DNA from: Ostreococcus lucimarinus
Lineage: Eukaryota
NCBI GenBank assembly: GCA_000092065.1
Contig: CP000590.1
Length of the DNA stretch: 64,000 nucleotides
Direction: 5' to 3' (one strand)
Shown: positions 50,794 to 60,580 of the stretch, one piece after another
How positions within the stretch are numbered: position 1 is the stretch's first letter
Layout of the letters: the number at the start of each line of letters is the position of its first letter
Position numbers and translations under genes: made by a program
Notes under the pieces: generated by a model
The model's input: only the letters and a program-made list of their open reading frames with translations
Told to the model about the DNA's origin: nothing
Database searches by the model: none

Positions 50794-52436
50794 ATGAGTT
50801 CTCCCGCGCGTAAACGCGGCGCTGAGAACGCGTCGCCGGGCCTGTGCACGCCCACGGATGCGTCGCCGGAGACGTCGATCGCGACGCCGCACTACGGCGA
50901 GCGGGAGAGCGGTAATAAACGAGGACGGGTGAAGAAGGATGATGAGACGGGGGCGAGCGGACGAGAGTCGAGCGGACGAGAGTCGAGCGGCGAACGGGCG
51001 TCTCGATCGTCCGTGCGTCAGGTAGCGGTGAAGATGCATCTGGACGCGACCCGAACGCGAATGCGAGAGCTGTGCGCGGATTTGGCGGCTAATTACGAAC
51101 GGGCGAGGCGCGCGAGGTAGGGATTCCGGACGATTGCGCTCGAATCGCGTCGGGTCGGACGCTCGGCGCGAACGGCGATGACGCGCTCGGACGATCGCGC
51201 GCGAGAAAGACACTGACGCGTTGGATGTATTGATCATTACAGTGCCCACGCCGCTCGCGAAGAGGCGAGATTGGCCGCGGAAGATATTTTAGACGAGCTC
51301 GAGGAAGTGGAACGGTACGTTTGAACGCACGAAAGACCCGAACCGTTTGAACGGGCACTGACTTCGTTCTTTTTCGCGTCCTTTGCAGGCGACTTCGTGC
51401 GATCGGTGACGACGAACCCGCGGTGGCGGCGATGTTGACGTACTTGTCGTTCGTGCGACGAAAGTCGCGAACGATGGTGACGTTGAACGACATCAACGAG
51501 GACACCCTGCAACTCATTTTGCGGCGAATCGAAGCGCCGTCGCCGAAAGAGTTACTCGCGCTTTCGCTCGTCAACAAACGGTTTCGCGCGGCGATCCGAA
51601 GCCCTACTGTGTGGCATACGCTCGATCTCAGCCGACATGCGGCGACGATGACGAACAAAGTGTTGTACGGGATAGTCAAGGACGACAACGCGTTCGCGTC
51701 CATCGAAGTGCTGAACTTGAGCGGGTGTTCGCAACTCACGGATCTTTCAGTGTTGAAGGTGTTGAACAAGTGCCATCACACCATTCGAGAGATCGATTTG
51801 AGTGGATGCGAACTCTTGACGCTCGAAACCGCGGAGTACATCGGCTTCCACTGCCACGAGCTCGAGCGACTCGACCTCACGGGCTGCAAGCGCGTGCCGA
51901 CGACGTTTTTGTTTCAGAACCTTCCCATCATGCAGTTGAACCTCAAAGACTTGCGCGTCAAAGGGACGAAGCATCTCAACGGGCGCGTTGACGAAGTCGA
52001 CTTTGAAGATCTCGTGGACGCCATCGCGAAATACGTTCGTTGGCTTCAATCGTTCGATGGGACAGTCTTTGACAAGGGTGACGTCCGAGACGTGATGGAG
52101 CTCGTCCACGTGTGCGAGGAGCACCTCGAGTTTTGGCGAAGTGGGAATGCGGTCGCGATCTGTGATCACGCGAGTGAATTACAAAACAATGATCCAACGA
52201 GCACGCCCATGTGTACCATCTTTCCGGAGTGCGGTCACGTCATGTGCGTCGAGTGCTCGGCCGTGGAGCGCCGAAACATGATGCGCGAGGGCGGACGTTA
52301 CGTCTACCCGTGCTCACATTGCGCGCACCCAGTGCGTTTCATGCCCGCGCCGGGCGGATTTGAAATTGTCGTTCACTCGCCCGAAGACTTCAAAAAGCTG
52401 CTCGCCGAACGGCGACGTTTGGGTGGTCCGCCTTGA
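50794..52436 (+). CDS. F-box/LRR-repeat protein with C-terminal Cys/His zinc-binding module; proposed 3 exons 50794..51116, 51243..51314, 51389..52436 (core CDS 51432..52436 certain)
   Basis: F-box LNDINEDTLQLILRRIEAPSPKELLALSLVNKRFRAAIRSPTVWHTLDL. LRRs LNLSGCSQLTDLSV, IDLSGCELLT, LDLTGCKRV. The proposed splices ag|GTAGGG...ATTACAG and GGTACGT...CCTTTGCAG join three ORFs into one continuous reading (...ANYERARRA-S-AHAAREEARLAAEDILDELEEVE-R-RLRAIGDDEPAVAAMLTYL...). Both introns carry CACTGAC. Confidence 0.7.
51117..51242 (+). other. proposed intron 1 of F-box gene (126 nt, phase 2)
   Basis: Donor GTAGGG, branch-like ACACTGACG 39 nt before the acceptor TTACAG. Confidence 0.45.
51315..51388 (+). 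other. proposed intron 2 of F-box gene (74 nt, phase 2), AT-richer with polypyrimidine tract
   Basis: Donor GTACGT, branch CACTGAC, then TTCGTTCTTTTTCGCGTCCTTTGCAG. Confidence 0.5.
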
Positions 52437-52870
52437 ACGAGGAGTAGTCCTAGCAAACGCCGACGCCGCGAGCGCGTTTTAGTTCTCTACTAGTGCTTTG
52501 CTACTGCTGTACCAATTTTGTAACGCAATGCGTAGATGTATTACGATTCGTACCGTTGTGATCGCGGAGTTACAGGCGAGAGACGAGGCACATTCTTCGG
52601 TGATGTCACGAAAACTTCGTATTACAGGTGAAATGCCGCCGCCCCGCTGCGGGGCGCCGCGTCGCCGAGAGCTTTATCGACGGACTAGAAAGAAGTGGGT
52701 TGAGCTTTCGCCAGGATACAAACCTGAGCGTATAGATCACGCTTATGAGAAAGCGCGCTTACTTACTGTGGGCAGGATAAAGTATAATGTCGTCAGTCTT
52801 TTGTTCGGTTCGGGTTGGGGTCGGCGTCGGGGACGGGAGCTTTCGCTTCTCTTTCGCCTCAAAAGAAAAC

Positions 52871-54055
52871 TTACCTGAGCGCATTCGTCGCGTTGAGATC
52901 TTCATAAGCCGCAAGCAACCGGTCGCACGTCGCTTGTTCCGCGGATCGGATCCACGCGCGCGGATCGTAGTACTTCTTGTTCGGCTTTTCGGCGCCCTCC
53001 GGGTTGCCAATTTGGCCTTGGAGGTACGCGTTGTTCTTGGCTTCGTAGTTCTTGACGCCATCCCAGAAGCTCCACTGGGTGTCGGTGTCGATGTTCATCT
53101 TGATGACACCGTAGCCAACCGCCTCACGGATTTCTTCGCGGGAAGAACCGGAGCCGCCGTGGAAGACAAAGTACACCGGCTTGTCGCTGTCGCCGCCCGT
53201 CTTTTCCTTGACGAACTTTTGCGCGTTGGCCAAAATCTTCGGCGTGAGCTTGACGTTACCCGGGGAGTAGACGCCGTGCACGTTACCGAACGCCGCAGCG
53301 ATGGAGTAGAAGTCCGGCGCGATCGGTTGGAGCGCTTCGTAGACTTGGTAGATCTCTTCCGGCTTGGAGTAGAGGTCTTCCGGCGCGACGTCCGAGTTGT
53401 CGACGCCGTCCTCCTCGCCGCCGGTGATGCCGATCTCCATCTCGAGGAAGCAGTTGATCTTCTTCATGCGCGCCAAGTACTTCTTGCAGATTTCCAAGTT
53501 CTCCTCGATCGGTTCCTCGCTCAAGTCGAGCATGTGCGACGAGAACAACGGTTCACCGTGCTTGGCAAAGTACGCCTCGTTCGCCTCCAACAAGCCGTCG
53601 AACCACGGGAGCAAGTTTTTCGCGCAGTGGTCGGTGTGCAAAATCACCGGCACGCCGTACAGCGCCGCCAATTCCCGCACCATGACCGCGCCCGCGACGC
53701 ATCCCGCGACCGCGGCCTTCTCATCCGCGTTGCTCGTGCCCTTACCGGCCATGAAGTATCCGCCGCCGTTTGAGAATTGCACGATCATCGGCGCGTTCGC
53801 CTTCTTCGCCGCCTCGAGGCACGCGTTGATCACCGGCGACATCGTGCAGTTCACCGCCGGAATCGCGTATCCGTGATGACGCGCGTGGTTCAGCACGTCG
53901 ATCATGTCCTGTCCCGTGACGACGCCCGTCTTCAGCGTCTTCGGCGGCGCGCTCACCGCCGCGCGCGTCTTCGTCGCGCGTCGCGATCGCGACGCGGTGC
54001 TCCGCGACGTCGTCGTCGCGATTCGCGCGGTGTGCGCGAGCTGGCTCGCGTGCAT
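52871..54055 (-). CDS. FBA: fructose-bisphosphate aldolase class II (FbaA-type) with transit-peptide-like N-terminus
   Basis: HTDHCAKNLLPWFDGLLEANEAYFAKHGEPLFSSHMLDLSEE and the remaining class II FBA zinc/substrate motifs. Full length 394 aa. Confidence 0.93.
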   Translation of the reverse strand: MHASQLAHTARIATTTSRSTASRSRRATKTRAAVSAPPKTLKTGVVTGQDMIDVLNHARHHGYAIPAVNCTMSPVINACLEAAKKANAPMIVQFSNGGGYFMAGKGTSNADEKAAVAGCVAGAVMVRELAALYGVPVILHTDHCAKNLLPWFDGLLEANEAYFAKHGEPLFSSHMLDLSEEPIEENLEICKKYLARMKKINCFLEMEIGITGGEEDGVDNSDVAPEDLYSKPEEIYQVYEALQPIAPDFYSIAAAFGNVHGVYSPGNVKLTPKILANAQKFVKEKTGGDSDKPVYFVFHGGSGSSREEIREAVGYGVIKMNIDTDTQWSFWDGVKNYEAKNNAYLQGQIGNPEGAEKPNKKYYDPRAWIRSAEQATCDRLLAAYEDLNATNALR

Positions 54056-54375
54056 GATGAGAGAGGTGTGCGCGCGCGTGTGCGTCTCGGTTCGGTCGTC
54101 GGGCGGTCGAGCGCGGCGATGTGACGACGCGTCGCGCGTCGCGATCGCGTCGCGCGAGCCTTATCCGCGGCGGCGCGGATGACGTCGCGCGTTCGGACAT
54201 TCGGAGTCATAAAGATGGGCGCATTCGCGACTCTTGTGCGGGGATGTTCGGTGATAAATACGATAAATACATCGTGACTGCGCGCGCATACGACCGTGCG
54301 GTCGGTCGCGGTCGGTCGCCGCGAGTCCGAGCGTCGCGCGCGCCGCGCGACGCCGCTCGGCGACGCGCGCGCGCG

Positions 54376-54855
54376 ATGGACGATCTCGCGCGGCACCGCG
54401 CGACGCTCGGACTCGCGCGCGACGCGCGTCCGACGCGCGACGAGGTCAAGGCGGCGTTTAAGCGCGCGGCGCGCGCGGCGCATCCCGACGCGGCGGGATG
54501 CGCGGTGAAGTTTCGCGAGGTCGTCGCCGCGCGAGACGCGCTGCTGGGACGAGGGCGATCGCGCGACGCGGCGTACGCGCGCGGAGGGGCGGCGGCGGCG
54601 GCGGCGGCGCGGGGGGGGTCGGGAGGGCGGCAGACGCGGGCGTTCGCGGCGGTGCTGGCGACGCCGTTCTTCGTCGCGGCGATGGTGTCGACGACGCTGC
54701 CGAAATCGAACGAGAGCGGCGCGAACGCGGAGATAGGACGGGTGCACGGATGGATAAACGCGCCGGTGAACGCGTGGTTGAAGGAGGATCGACGCGAGCC
54801 GGGAGATGGGAATCGGGAAAGGTTTTGGAAGACGGGTCGCGTCAACGCGAAGTGA
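54376..54855 (+). CDS. hypothetical J-like-domain protein with TM segment
   Basis: EVKAAFKRAARAAHPDAAGCAVKFREVVAARDALL (J-domain-like, with HPD), then the hydrophobic helix FAAVLATPFFVAAMV. Confidence 0.4.
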   Translation: MDDLARHRATLGLARDARPTRDEVKAAFKRAARAAHPDAAGCAVKFREVVAARDALLGRGRSRDAAYARGGAAAAAAARGGSGGRQTRAFAAVLATPFFVAAMVSTTLPKSNESGANAEIGRVHGWINAPVNAWLKEDRREPGDGNRERFWKTGRVNAK

Positions 54856-54910
54856 CGCGAAGCGCGCCGACGCCGAGGCGCGTATTGTAGCGAGCTTAAC
54901 TGTATGTAAA

Positions 54911-56053
54911 CTAGGTAGTAGTACTAGCGGCAGACACCGAGGCGTCGACGACGACGTTGGCGCCCTCGAGACGTTCGCCCGCGCAAAACTGGCGAAAGTT
55001 TTCCGCGGTGTGCTTGGCGATTTCGTCCAGCGCCTCGTGCGTCAAAAACGCGGTGTGCGGCGTCACGAGTACTTGCGGCATCGAGCCTAAGATCGCCATC
55101 GTCTCGTCCCACACCAACATGCGCTCGTTCGTGTTCATCGAACTGAAATCCTTGAAGAAGAGGCGATTTTCGTTTTCGTACACGTCCAAGCCGAGCGCGG
55201 CGATGCGCCCGGAATACAAACCGTCGATAGCAGCGCGAGCGTCGACGAGCAGACCACGGCTGGTGTTGATGAGGATCGTACCCTCCTTCATCTTCGCTAT
55301 CGTCTCCACGCAAATCATCCCACGCGTCTCCGGCGTGAGCGGAAGGTGGAGCGACACGACGTCGCTCCGCGCCAAGAGCTCGTCGAGCGACACGTAATCG
55401 CCGCAAAAATCGTCCTTCTCGAATTTATCGTACCCGAGCACGCGCATCTGAAATCCATTCTTCAAAATTTCCGCCACACCGCGGCCGATTTTACCCGTTC
55501 CCACGACGCCGACGGTTTTCCCTCGCATCGAACTTCCCACCAAGCCGTCGAGCGTAAAGTTTCCCATGCGCAGCCGGTCGCGCGACGCGCACAAGTGTCG
55601 ATTCAGACTCATCATCATCGCCACCGCGTGCTCGCTGATGCTCAACGGATCGTACGCCGGCACGCGCAGCACGCTGATCCCTCTCTCGCGCGCTCGCTCG
55701 CAGTCCACGTTGTCGAATCCCGCGCAGCGGAGCAATATCAACTTCACCCCGCGCTCCGCGAGGGCGTCCACGACCTCGCCGCGCGCGTCGTCGTCGACGA
55801 ACACGCAGACCGCGTCGTGGCCCTGCGCGAGCGACGCGGTGTCGAGCGATAGACGCGCGCTGCTGTACGTCGCGTTCGGGAGCGCGCGGCGAAGCGTTTC
55901 GTCTTCGTAACGGTGCGCGCTGAAAACAAAGCATCGCGCGTCCGAGGACGCGCGCGCGGCGACGATGACGCTCGAGAGACGTCGCGCACCGCGCGCGCGC
56001 GCGCGGGACGCGCGGGCGGCGATGAGGGGCGCGCGAACGACGGAAGAAGACAT
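54911..56053 (-). CDS. LDHA: D-lactate dehydrogenase, fermentative LdhA-type (D-isomer-specific 2-hydroxyacid dehydrogenase) with organellar presequence
   Basis: Aligns throughout with E. coli LdhA: LRCAGFDNVDCERARERGISVLRVPAYDP, GKTVGVVGTGKIGRGVAEIL, the catalytic RGLLVD...E...H region, MLVWDE. Confidence 0.9.
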   Translation of the reverse strand: MSSSVVRAPLIAARASRARARGARRLSSVIVAARASSDARCFVFSAHRYEDETLRRALPNATYSSARLSLDTASLAQGHDAVCVFVDDDARGEVVDALAERGVKLILLRCAGFDNVDCERARERGISVLRVPAYDPLSISEHAVAMMMSLNRHLCASRDRLRMGNFTLDGLVGSSMRGKTVGVVGTGKIGRGVAEILKNGFQMRVLGYDKFEKDDFCGDYVSLDELLARSDVVSLHLPLTPETRGMICVETIAKMKEGTILINTSRGLLVDARAAIDGLYSGRIAALGLDVYENENRLFFKDFSSMNTNERMLVWDETMAILGSMPQVLVTPHTAFLTHEALDEIAKHTAENFRQFCAGERLEGANVVVDASVSAASTTT

Positions 56054-56144
56054 GCCGCCGCCGCGAGGTGAGCTACGTTGTGCGGTTGGATTATTACAGC
56101 CGCGAGTGTGTCTTCGATTCTAAAAGTGCGCGCGCGATCGGCGC

Positions 56145-56866
56145 CTACTCGAACGGTGCGGGAACGGTGTTGGCGTCGGTCTCCTTCTGACGCCGGCGCG
56201 ACCAGCGAGAGACGTCTTCGCCCGCGAGCGTGTCCGTCGCCGCCTGCCCGCGCTCGAACCGCTCGCGGCGCGTCGCCGCCAACTTCTCGTCCGTGTCCAC
56301 AAACTTGCGCATGAGCCAGTGCAACGCGATCGTCGGCGGGTTGCGAATGTTCGGCACCAATCCTCGAACGTTTCGTGCGGGCACCCAATCCGACAACCCG
56401 TTCCCCCAAACCAACGTGTGTTCGTCCACGACGCCGTTCACCCAGCACTGTCGCATCGTGTTCAACGGCGCCGGTCCACGGCACTTACCCACGCGATCGC
56501 GGTAAAACCACACGTTATTATCGTTCGCTGTTTTCGGTCGAAAATTCACGAAACCGTCGTCAGTCGCGCGTTCGTCGTCGTTCGCTTCGTCTCGCCGTCG
56601 CCGTCGACCCTACGCCGCGAGAAGGTCCACCGGTTTCCTCGCTTTCGCGCGCCCGTCGTCGCGCGCGTTCGCGCGCGCGCGCTTCCGCGGTGTCGAACGC
56701 GCGCTCGCGCGTCGCGCGCGGGCGCGGCGCGACGCGCACCGTCCGTCGCGCGAAGATCGTTCCGCGCTTCAAACTTGTACGGCCCGAGCTTGTCTCGCCA
56801 CGACTGCAGGTACTTTCTGCGCGATTCCGTCGCGTCCGTGGGGCTGTCTTCGCCGTAGAAGCTCAT
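56145..56866 (-). CDS. GYF-like/DUF4339 domain protein, proposed 2 exons (minus strand): 56740..56866 and 56145..56527
   Basis: Exon 2 encodes WFYRDRVGKCRGPAPLNTMRQCWVNGVVDEHTLVWGNGLSDWVPARNV. Exon 1 (MSFYGEDSPTDATESRRKYLQSWRDKLGPYKFEARNDLRATD) joins through donor GGTGCGCG, branch GACTGACG 31 nt before the acceptor AAAACAG. The apparent Met of ORF 56145..56549 is a GTG. Confidence 0.5.
56528..56739 (-). other. proposed intron of GYF-like gene (212 nt, phase 1)
   Basis: See CDS evidence. The donor/branch/acceptor pattern is identical to the other introns in the window. Confidence 0.45.
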
Positions 56867-57069
56867 GGTGCGCGCCTGGGGGGGGCGGGCGGGGGCGAGC
56901 GCGTCGGCGCCGCGCGCGCGAGTGCGGACGGGGCGCGCCCGCCGTGAGGGTCTAGGTTTTTTTCGTCTCGAGTCGCGCGAGACGTTTCGCGCGCGCGAGA
57001 CGCCCGCGGGCGCGTGATTTACAAGAGAGCGAGCGCTAATAAATGATGCTAAATGCACGCTCGGTGCGA

Positions 57070-58248
57070 TCAACGCCAGCGCGAGCGGGCGATGTTGAGG
57101 ATGATTTGCGCGACGGCGTCGTACACCACGGGGCGGTAGTGGACGCCGTCGACGGAGCACTCCGCGCCGCACAGGGCGGTGATTTCGCGCGCGCGCACGC
57201 GCACCGCCGGACCGGCGGGGAGGACGATCCTCGTTGACTTTTGGTCGTCTCGTATTTTGGCGTACCGCGCCAGATTCGTGTCGGTAAATTTGACGCGTTT
57301 GTCCTCGGCGACGAGCTTGTCGCGAATCACGAGCGCGGCGTCGATCCACACAATCACCACCTTTGGATGCGCCGCCTCGATCGTGCGCACGCGCGCACCG
57401 AGCGCGGCCATCGTCGTCTTGTACCTAGACACCGATTCGTCGTGCAAAACGTGCCACAGCGCCGTGGATATGACGATCAAATCCGGCGCGTCGCGCTCGC
57501 CGTACGCGTCCAGCGCGTCGACGACGTCCGACGCGTACGGCGCCCACGTAAACGTCGCCTTCGCCCCCCCGACCAAGTCGTGCGCCCAATCGCGATGTTT
57601 CTCCCCATCCTTCGTCGTCAAGCTCACGTCGCTCCACGCATCGCTCGTCGCCGCGACGAATCCCCCGTACGCGTTTCTCGCGCCCGAGTCGCCCAAAAAC
57701 GCCGCGCGCCGCCCTTCGATCAATTTCCCCACCCTGTTCCCCCGCGCCGTCGCCGCCAACCGCCCGAACCCGCACGTCTCCCCCACGTCCTCGCGCATGA
57801 CCCACGCCAGGGCGTTTTCTCGCCCCCTTCGTCCTCTCTTTCCTCCGCGTCCCCGTCCCCGCGTCTCCGCGTCGTCCTCGTCGCCGCACCCCGTCCTCGC
57901 CAGCGTCCACGCGCGCGTCGCGCACGCGCTCGCGCCGCGCGTCCACGTCCCTCGCCACGCGTGCGTCGCGCACCCGTCGACGTCGACCGCGAACGCGCCG
58001 ACGTCGACGTCGTCGTCGCGCGTCGTCGTCGTCGTCCCCGTCGTCGCGTCTCGCGGCGCGTCGCGCGTCGTCGCCGCGCGCGCCGCGCACGCGACCGCCG
58101 CGCACGCGAGCGCGACGACCGTCGCGACGCGCGCCTTCGTCGCCGTCGCCGTCGGCGCGCGCGCGTCGCCGCGCGCGCGCATGCGCGCCGCGCTCTGCCG
58201 CGCGCCGCCGCGCGTCCCGGCACATCGTCGCGCGCGACGGCGCGCCAT
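57070..58248 (-). CDS. PC-esterase/SGNH-type (TBL/PMR5-like) domain protein with signal-anchor
   Basis: GDS motif in FLGDSGARNAYGG and DxxH motif in SVDGVHYRPVVYDA; hydrophobic N-terminal segment. The true start is probably an internal Met. Confidence 0.6.
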   Translation of the reverse strand: MARRRARRCAGTRGGARQSAARMRARGDARAPTATATKARVATVVALACAAVACAARAATTRDAPRDATTGTTTTTRDDDVDVGAFAVDVDGCATHAWRGTWTRGASACATRAWTLARTGCGDEDDAETRGRGRGGKRGRRGRENALAWVMREDVGETCGFGRLAATARGNRVGKLIEGRRAAFLGDSGARNAYGGFVAATSDAWSDVSLTTKDGEKHRDWAHDLVGGAKATFTWAPYASDVVDALDAYGERDAPDLIVISTALWHVLHDESVSRYKTTMAALGARVRTIEAAHPKVVIVWIDAALVIRDKLVAEDKRVKFTDTNLARYAKIRDDQKSTRIVLPAGPAVRVRAREITALCGAECSVDGVHYRPVVYDAVAQIILNIARSRWR

Positions 58249-58720
58249 GGCGTCCGCGCGCGGCGTCGTGCTCGGGTGCGCGCGAATCGCGCGCGTCTCG
58301 CGCGCGCGACTGACGACGGCGCGCAGCGCGTACAGAGAGCTCGTGTGGCTCGCGCGACGCGCGCGGGCGGAGGAGCGGCGAAGACTCGAGGACGTCGTCG
58401 CGGACGTCGCGCGGCGCGCGCGCGCGGCGCGCGGGGCGAACGCGACGGCGGCGGACGTCGCGGACGGCGTGCGACGATTGGTGGGGACGGTGGGGTACGC
58501 GCGAGCGATGACGTCGAGGGTCGGGCGACGACGGTTCGAGTGGGACGAGGACGCGCGCGAGGCGACGCGCGTCGTGGAGCGAACGGGAGGAAAGAGCGGA
58601 CGCGAACGCGTCGCGAACGGCGTGCTGAGTCGAGAAGACGCGTGGGCGTATCACAATAGGTTGATCGATCGACAACACTTCGGGAGACGGTTGAAAAAGT
58701 TTAAGCCGGAACCGCTGTAG
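58247..58720 (+). CDS. hypothetical small protein with LYR-like motif (Complex1_LYR-type)
   Basis: RSAYRELVWLARRARAEERRRLEDVV resembles the LYR/F motif. Non-repetitive C-terminus ...AWAYHNRLIDRQHFGRRLKKFKP. It lies at the 3' end of a long plus-strand ORF that is otherwise antisense noise. Confidence 0.4.
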   Translation: MASARGVVLGCARIARVSRARLTTARSAYRELVWLARRARAEERRRLEDVVADVARRARAARGANATAADVADGVRRLVGTVGYARAMTSRVGRRRFEWDEDAREATRVVERTGGKSGRERVANGVLSREDAWAYHNRLIDRQHFGRRLKKFKPEPL

Positions 58721-58776
58721 ACGGCGGGATGCAATAAATACATGAAATGGGACGCGCTCGGCGGCGACGGAGCGCT

Positions 58777-60396
58777 TTAATCTTTTCTCGTCGCGCTGGC
58801 GAGCTCGTGCCTTCGCTGACGCATGCTCTTTTGCAATTCTGATCCGACGTCTGGATCCGAGGCGATCGCCCACGCCATCTCGCGTCGACCCATGACCAGA
58901 CATTGCACTTCGGTTTGGGCGATGACGTCGGCGTTGCGTCGACCGCCGATCCATTTCTTGGCGACCATTCTCGCGCTCACCCACGATTTCAGTGTGAATT
59001 TCTCCCCTTTTTTTCTCTTGGGCGGGCCTTTGGCGAGGACTTCCGCAATGCGTTTATCAATCATCGCGCGCGACGATGAGGCTGACTTGCTTTTCGCAAT
59101 CAACCGATCGCCGAGAGCCATCTCTCCGATGAATTCGCCCGGCTCGCGCTTGGCCACCTGCGCGCCCTGGTCGCGCAAGATGTTCCGGTCCGCGTCCACC
59201 GGACTGACGACAATTTTCACACTGCCGGACTTAATGAGAAACACTTCATCGGTCGCGCGTGCGCCCTGATGAATGAGGATATCACCGGCTTCGTACTTTC
59301 TCAACGGAAGCTTCATGCCCTTCGCGAAGTCGCGAAGCTTGGATTTAATGCGCAGAGGCGCCGGTCGCACGCTCTCCACTTGTTGCAACCATGGATGCTT
59401 GAGGCAGTTTGCCGGGGTCAAACGATGGACCGGTTTGTGCGCCAGACACGACATGACGAACTCGCGAGCCGTTTCACTCACGGAGTCCCACTCGAAGCAA
59501 TCAAAACCAAAATCGCGTTGGACGACGCGTCCGTACTTCAACGCGCTCTTCCACAAGCTCCTCGGCATGGCGCCCGTGAGCAACACGTACGTGATGACAC
59601 CGAGAGACCACATATCGATCGCACCACCGTACGACTTTTGCTCCACGACCTCCGGCGCGGCGAACACGGGCGTACCCACGGGCGCGGTATCGATCCCTCG
59701 GCTGTGCGGCAACGACCCCAACCCTTCAGGGTTTTGGCACCGTCTCGCCAACCCGAAATCCGCGATCACGACGCTCGCGAGATCATCGTTCGACCGCAGC
59801 AATAAGTTCTCCAGCTTCAAATCTCGATGTAACACAAAATTTTTATGCATGTAATCGATCCCTTGCACCGTGCGCTGCACCACCACCTTCGCCTCCGCCT
59901 CGGTGTATCGCTCGCTCTTCATGCGCAAAATCGCGTCCAACACCGCCCCCCCGTGCAGGACCTCCGTCACGACGTACACCTTATCGCCGTACCAGTGGCA
60001 CTCTTCGAGTCTCAACATCGTCGGCGACGTCAACACGCGCAGAATATCGATCTCACTCGTGACCTCGTTCACGCTCATGCGTTCCTTCCCATGTTCGTCC
60101 TTGTCCGCGTCCGCGTCCGCGTCGCCCTCCTTGACGCTGATGATCTTCATCGCGTACGTCTTCGCGCTCTGACGATGGCGCACTTTGCGCACGACGCTGA
60201 AACCGCCCGCACCGAGCGACTCGAGGTCGTCGTAGCGCTCCATCGGGTCGCGCTCCGCGCGCTTCAGCTTCACCGGCGGGACGCTCGGCATCGTCTCGCG
60301 CGTCGCCGGCGCGCCGCCGTCGCGCGTGCGCGCGCTGCCGCGCTTTCGAGGCTTCGGCGACGCATCGCCGTCGGGTTTGGAGGCGACGCAACCCAT
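58777..60396 (-). CDS. Ser/Thr protein kinase (CaMK-like) with C-terminal cyclic-nucleotide-binding domain and N-terminal MGC acylation motif
   Basis: Start MGCVASKPDG. Kinase subdomains LGAGGFSVV, AMK, HRDLKLENLLL, DFGLA, APE. C-terminal CNB domain FLIKSGSVKIV...GEFIGEMAL...RNADVIAQTEVQCLVM. The upstream part of the ORF is antisense to the ABCG gene. Confidence 0.85.
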   Translation of the reverse strand: MGCVASKPDGDASPKPRKRGSARTRDGGAPATRETMPSVPPVKLKRAERDPMERYDDLESLGAGGFSVVRKVRHRQSAKTYAMKIISVKEGDADADADKDEHGKERMSVNEVTSEIDILRVLTSPTMLRLEECHWYGDKVYVVTEVLHGGAVLDAILRMKSERYTEAEAKVVVQRTVQGIDYMHKNFVLHRDLKLENLLLRSNDDLASVVIADFGLARRCQNPEGLGSLPHSRGIDTAPVGTPVFAAPEVVEQKSYGGAIDMWSLGVITYVLLTGAMPRSLWKSALKYGRVVQRDFGFDCFEWDSVSETAREFVMSCLAHKPVHRLTPANCLKHPWLQQVESVRPAPLRIKSKLRDFAKGMKLPLRKYEAGDILIHQGARATDEVFLIKSGSVKIVVSPVDADRNILRDQGAQVAKREPGEFIGEMALGDRLIAKSKSASSSRAMIDKRIAEVLAKGPPKRKKGEKFTLKSWVSARMVAKKWIGGRRNADVIAQTEVQCLVMGRREMAWAIASDPDVGSELQKSMRQRRHELASATRKD

Positions 60397-60580
60397 GACG
60401 GCGGTCGCGACGCGGTGTGGACGCGCGACCGGTCGAAAGACCCGAAGCCCGCGAAGGTGCCGCGAAGGTGCCGCGAAGGCTGGAACGCGGCGAAGGCGAG
60501 GCGAGACGAAAGCGACGCGCGATGGGCGTCGCACGGCGGTGGTGCGCGCGATTTGAGATGAAATGCATCTCTGGGTTACA

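Noticed and set aside
56547-56549. M at the start of several tool ORFs (e.g. 56549, 25982, 51423)
   Set aside because: These codons are GTG (or TTG) in the DNA. The ORF caller uses bacterial start rules, so real starts were re-derived from ATG and splice context.
57179-58246. Plus ORFs 57179..58720 and 57241..58659 (Arg/Ala/Pro-rich)
   Set aside because: Antisense of the PC-esterase gene. Only the last 157 codons (58247 onward) have protein-like composition.
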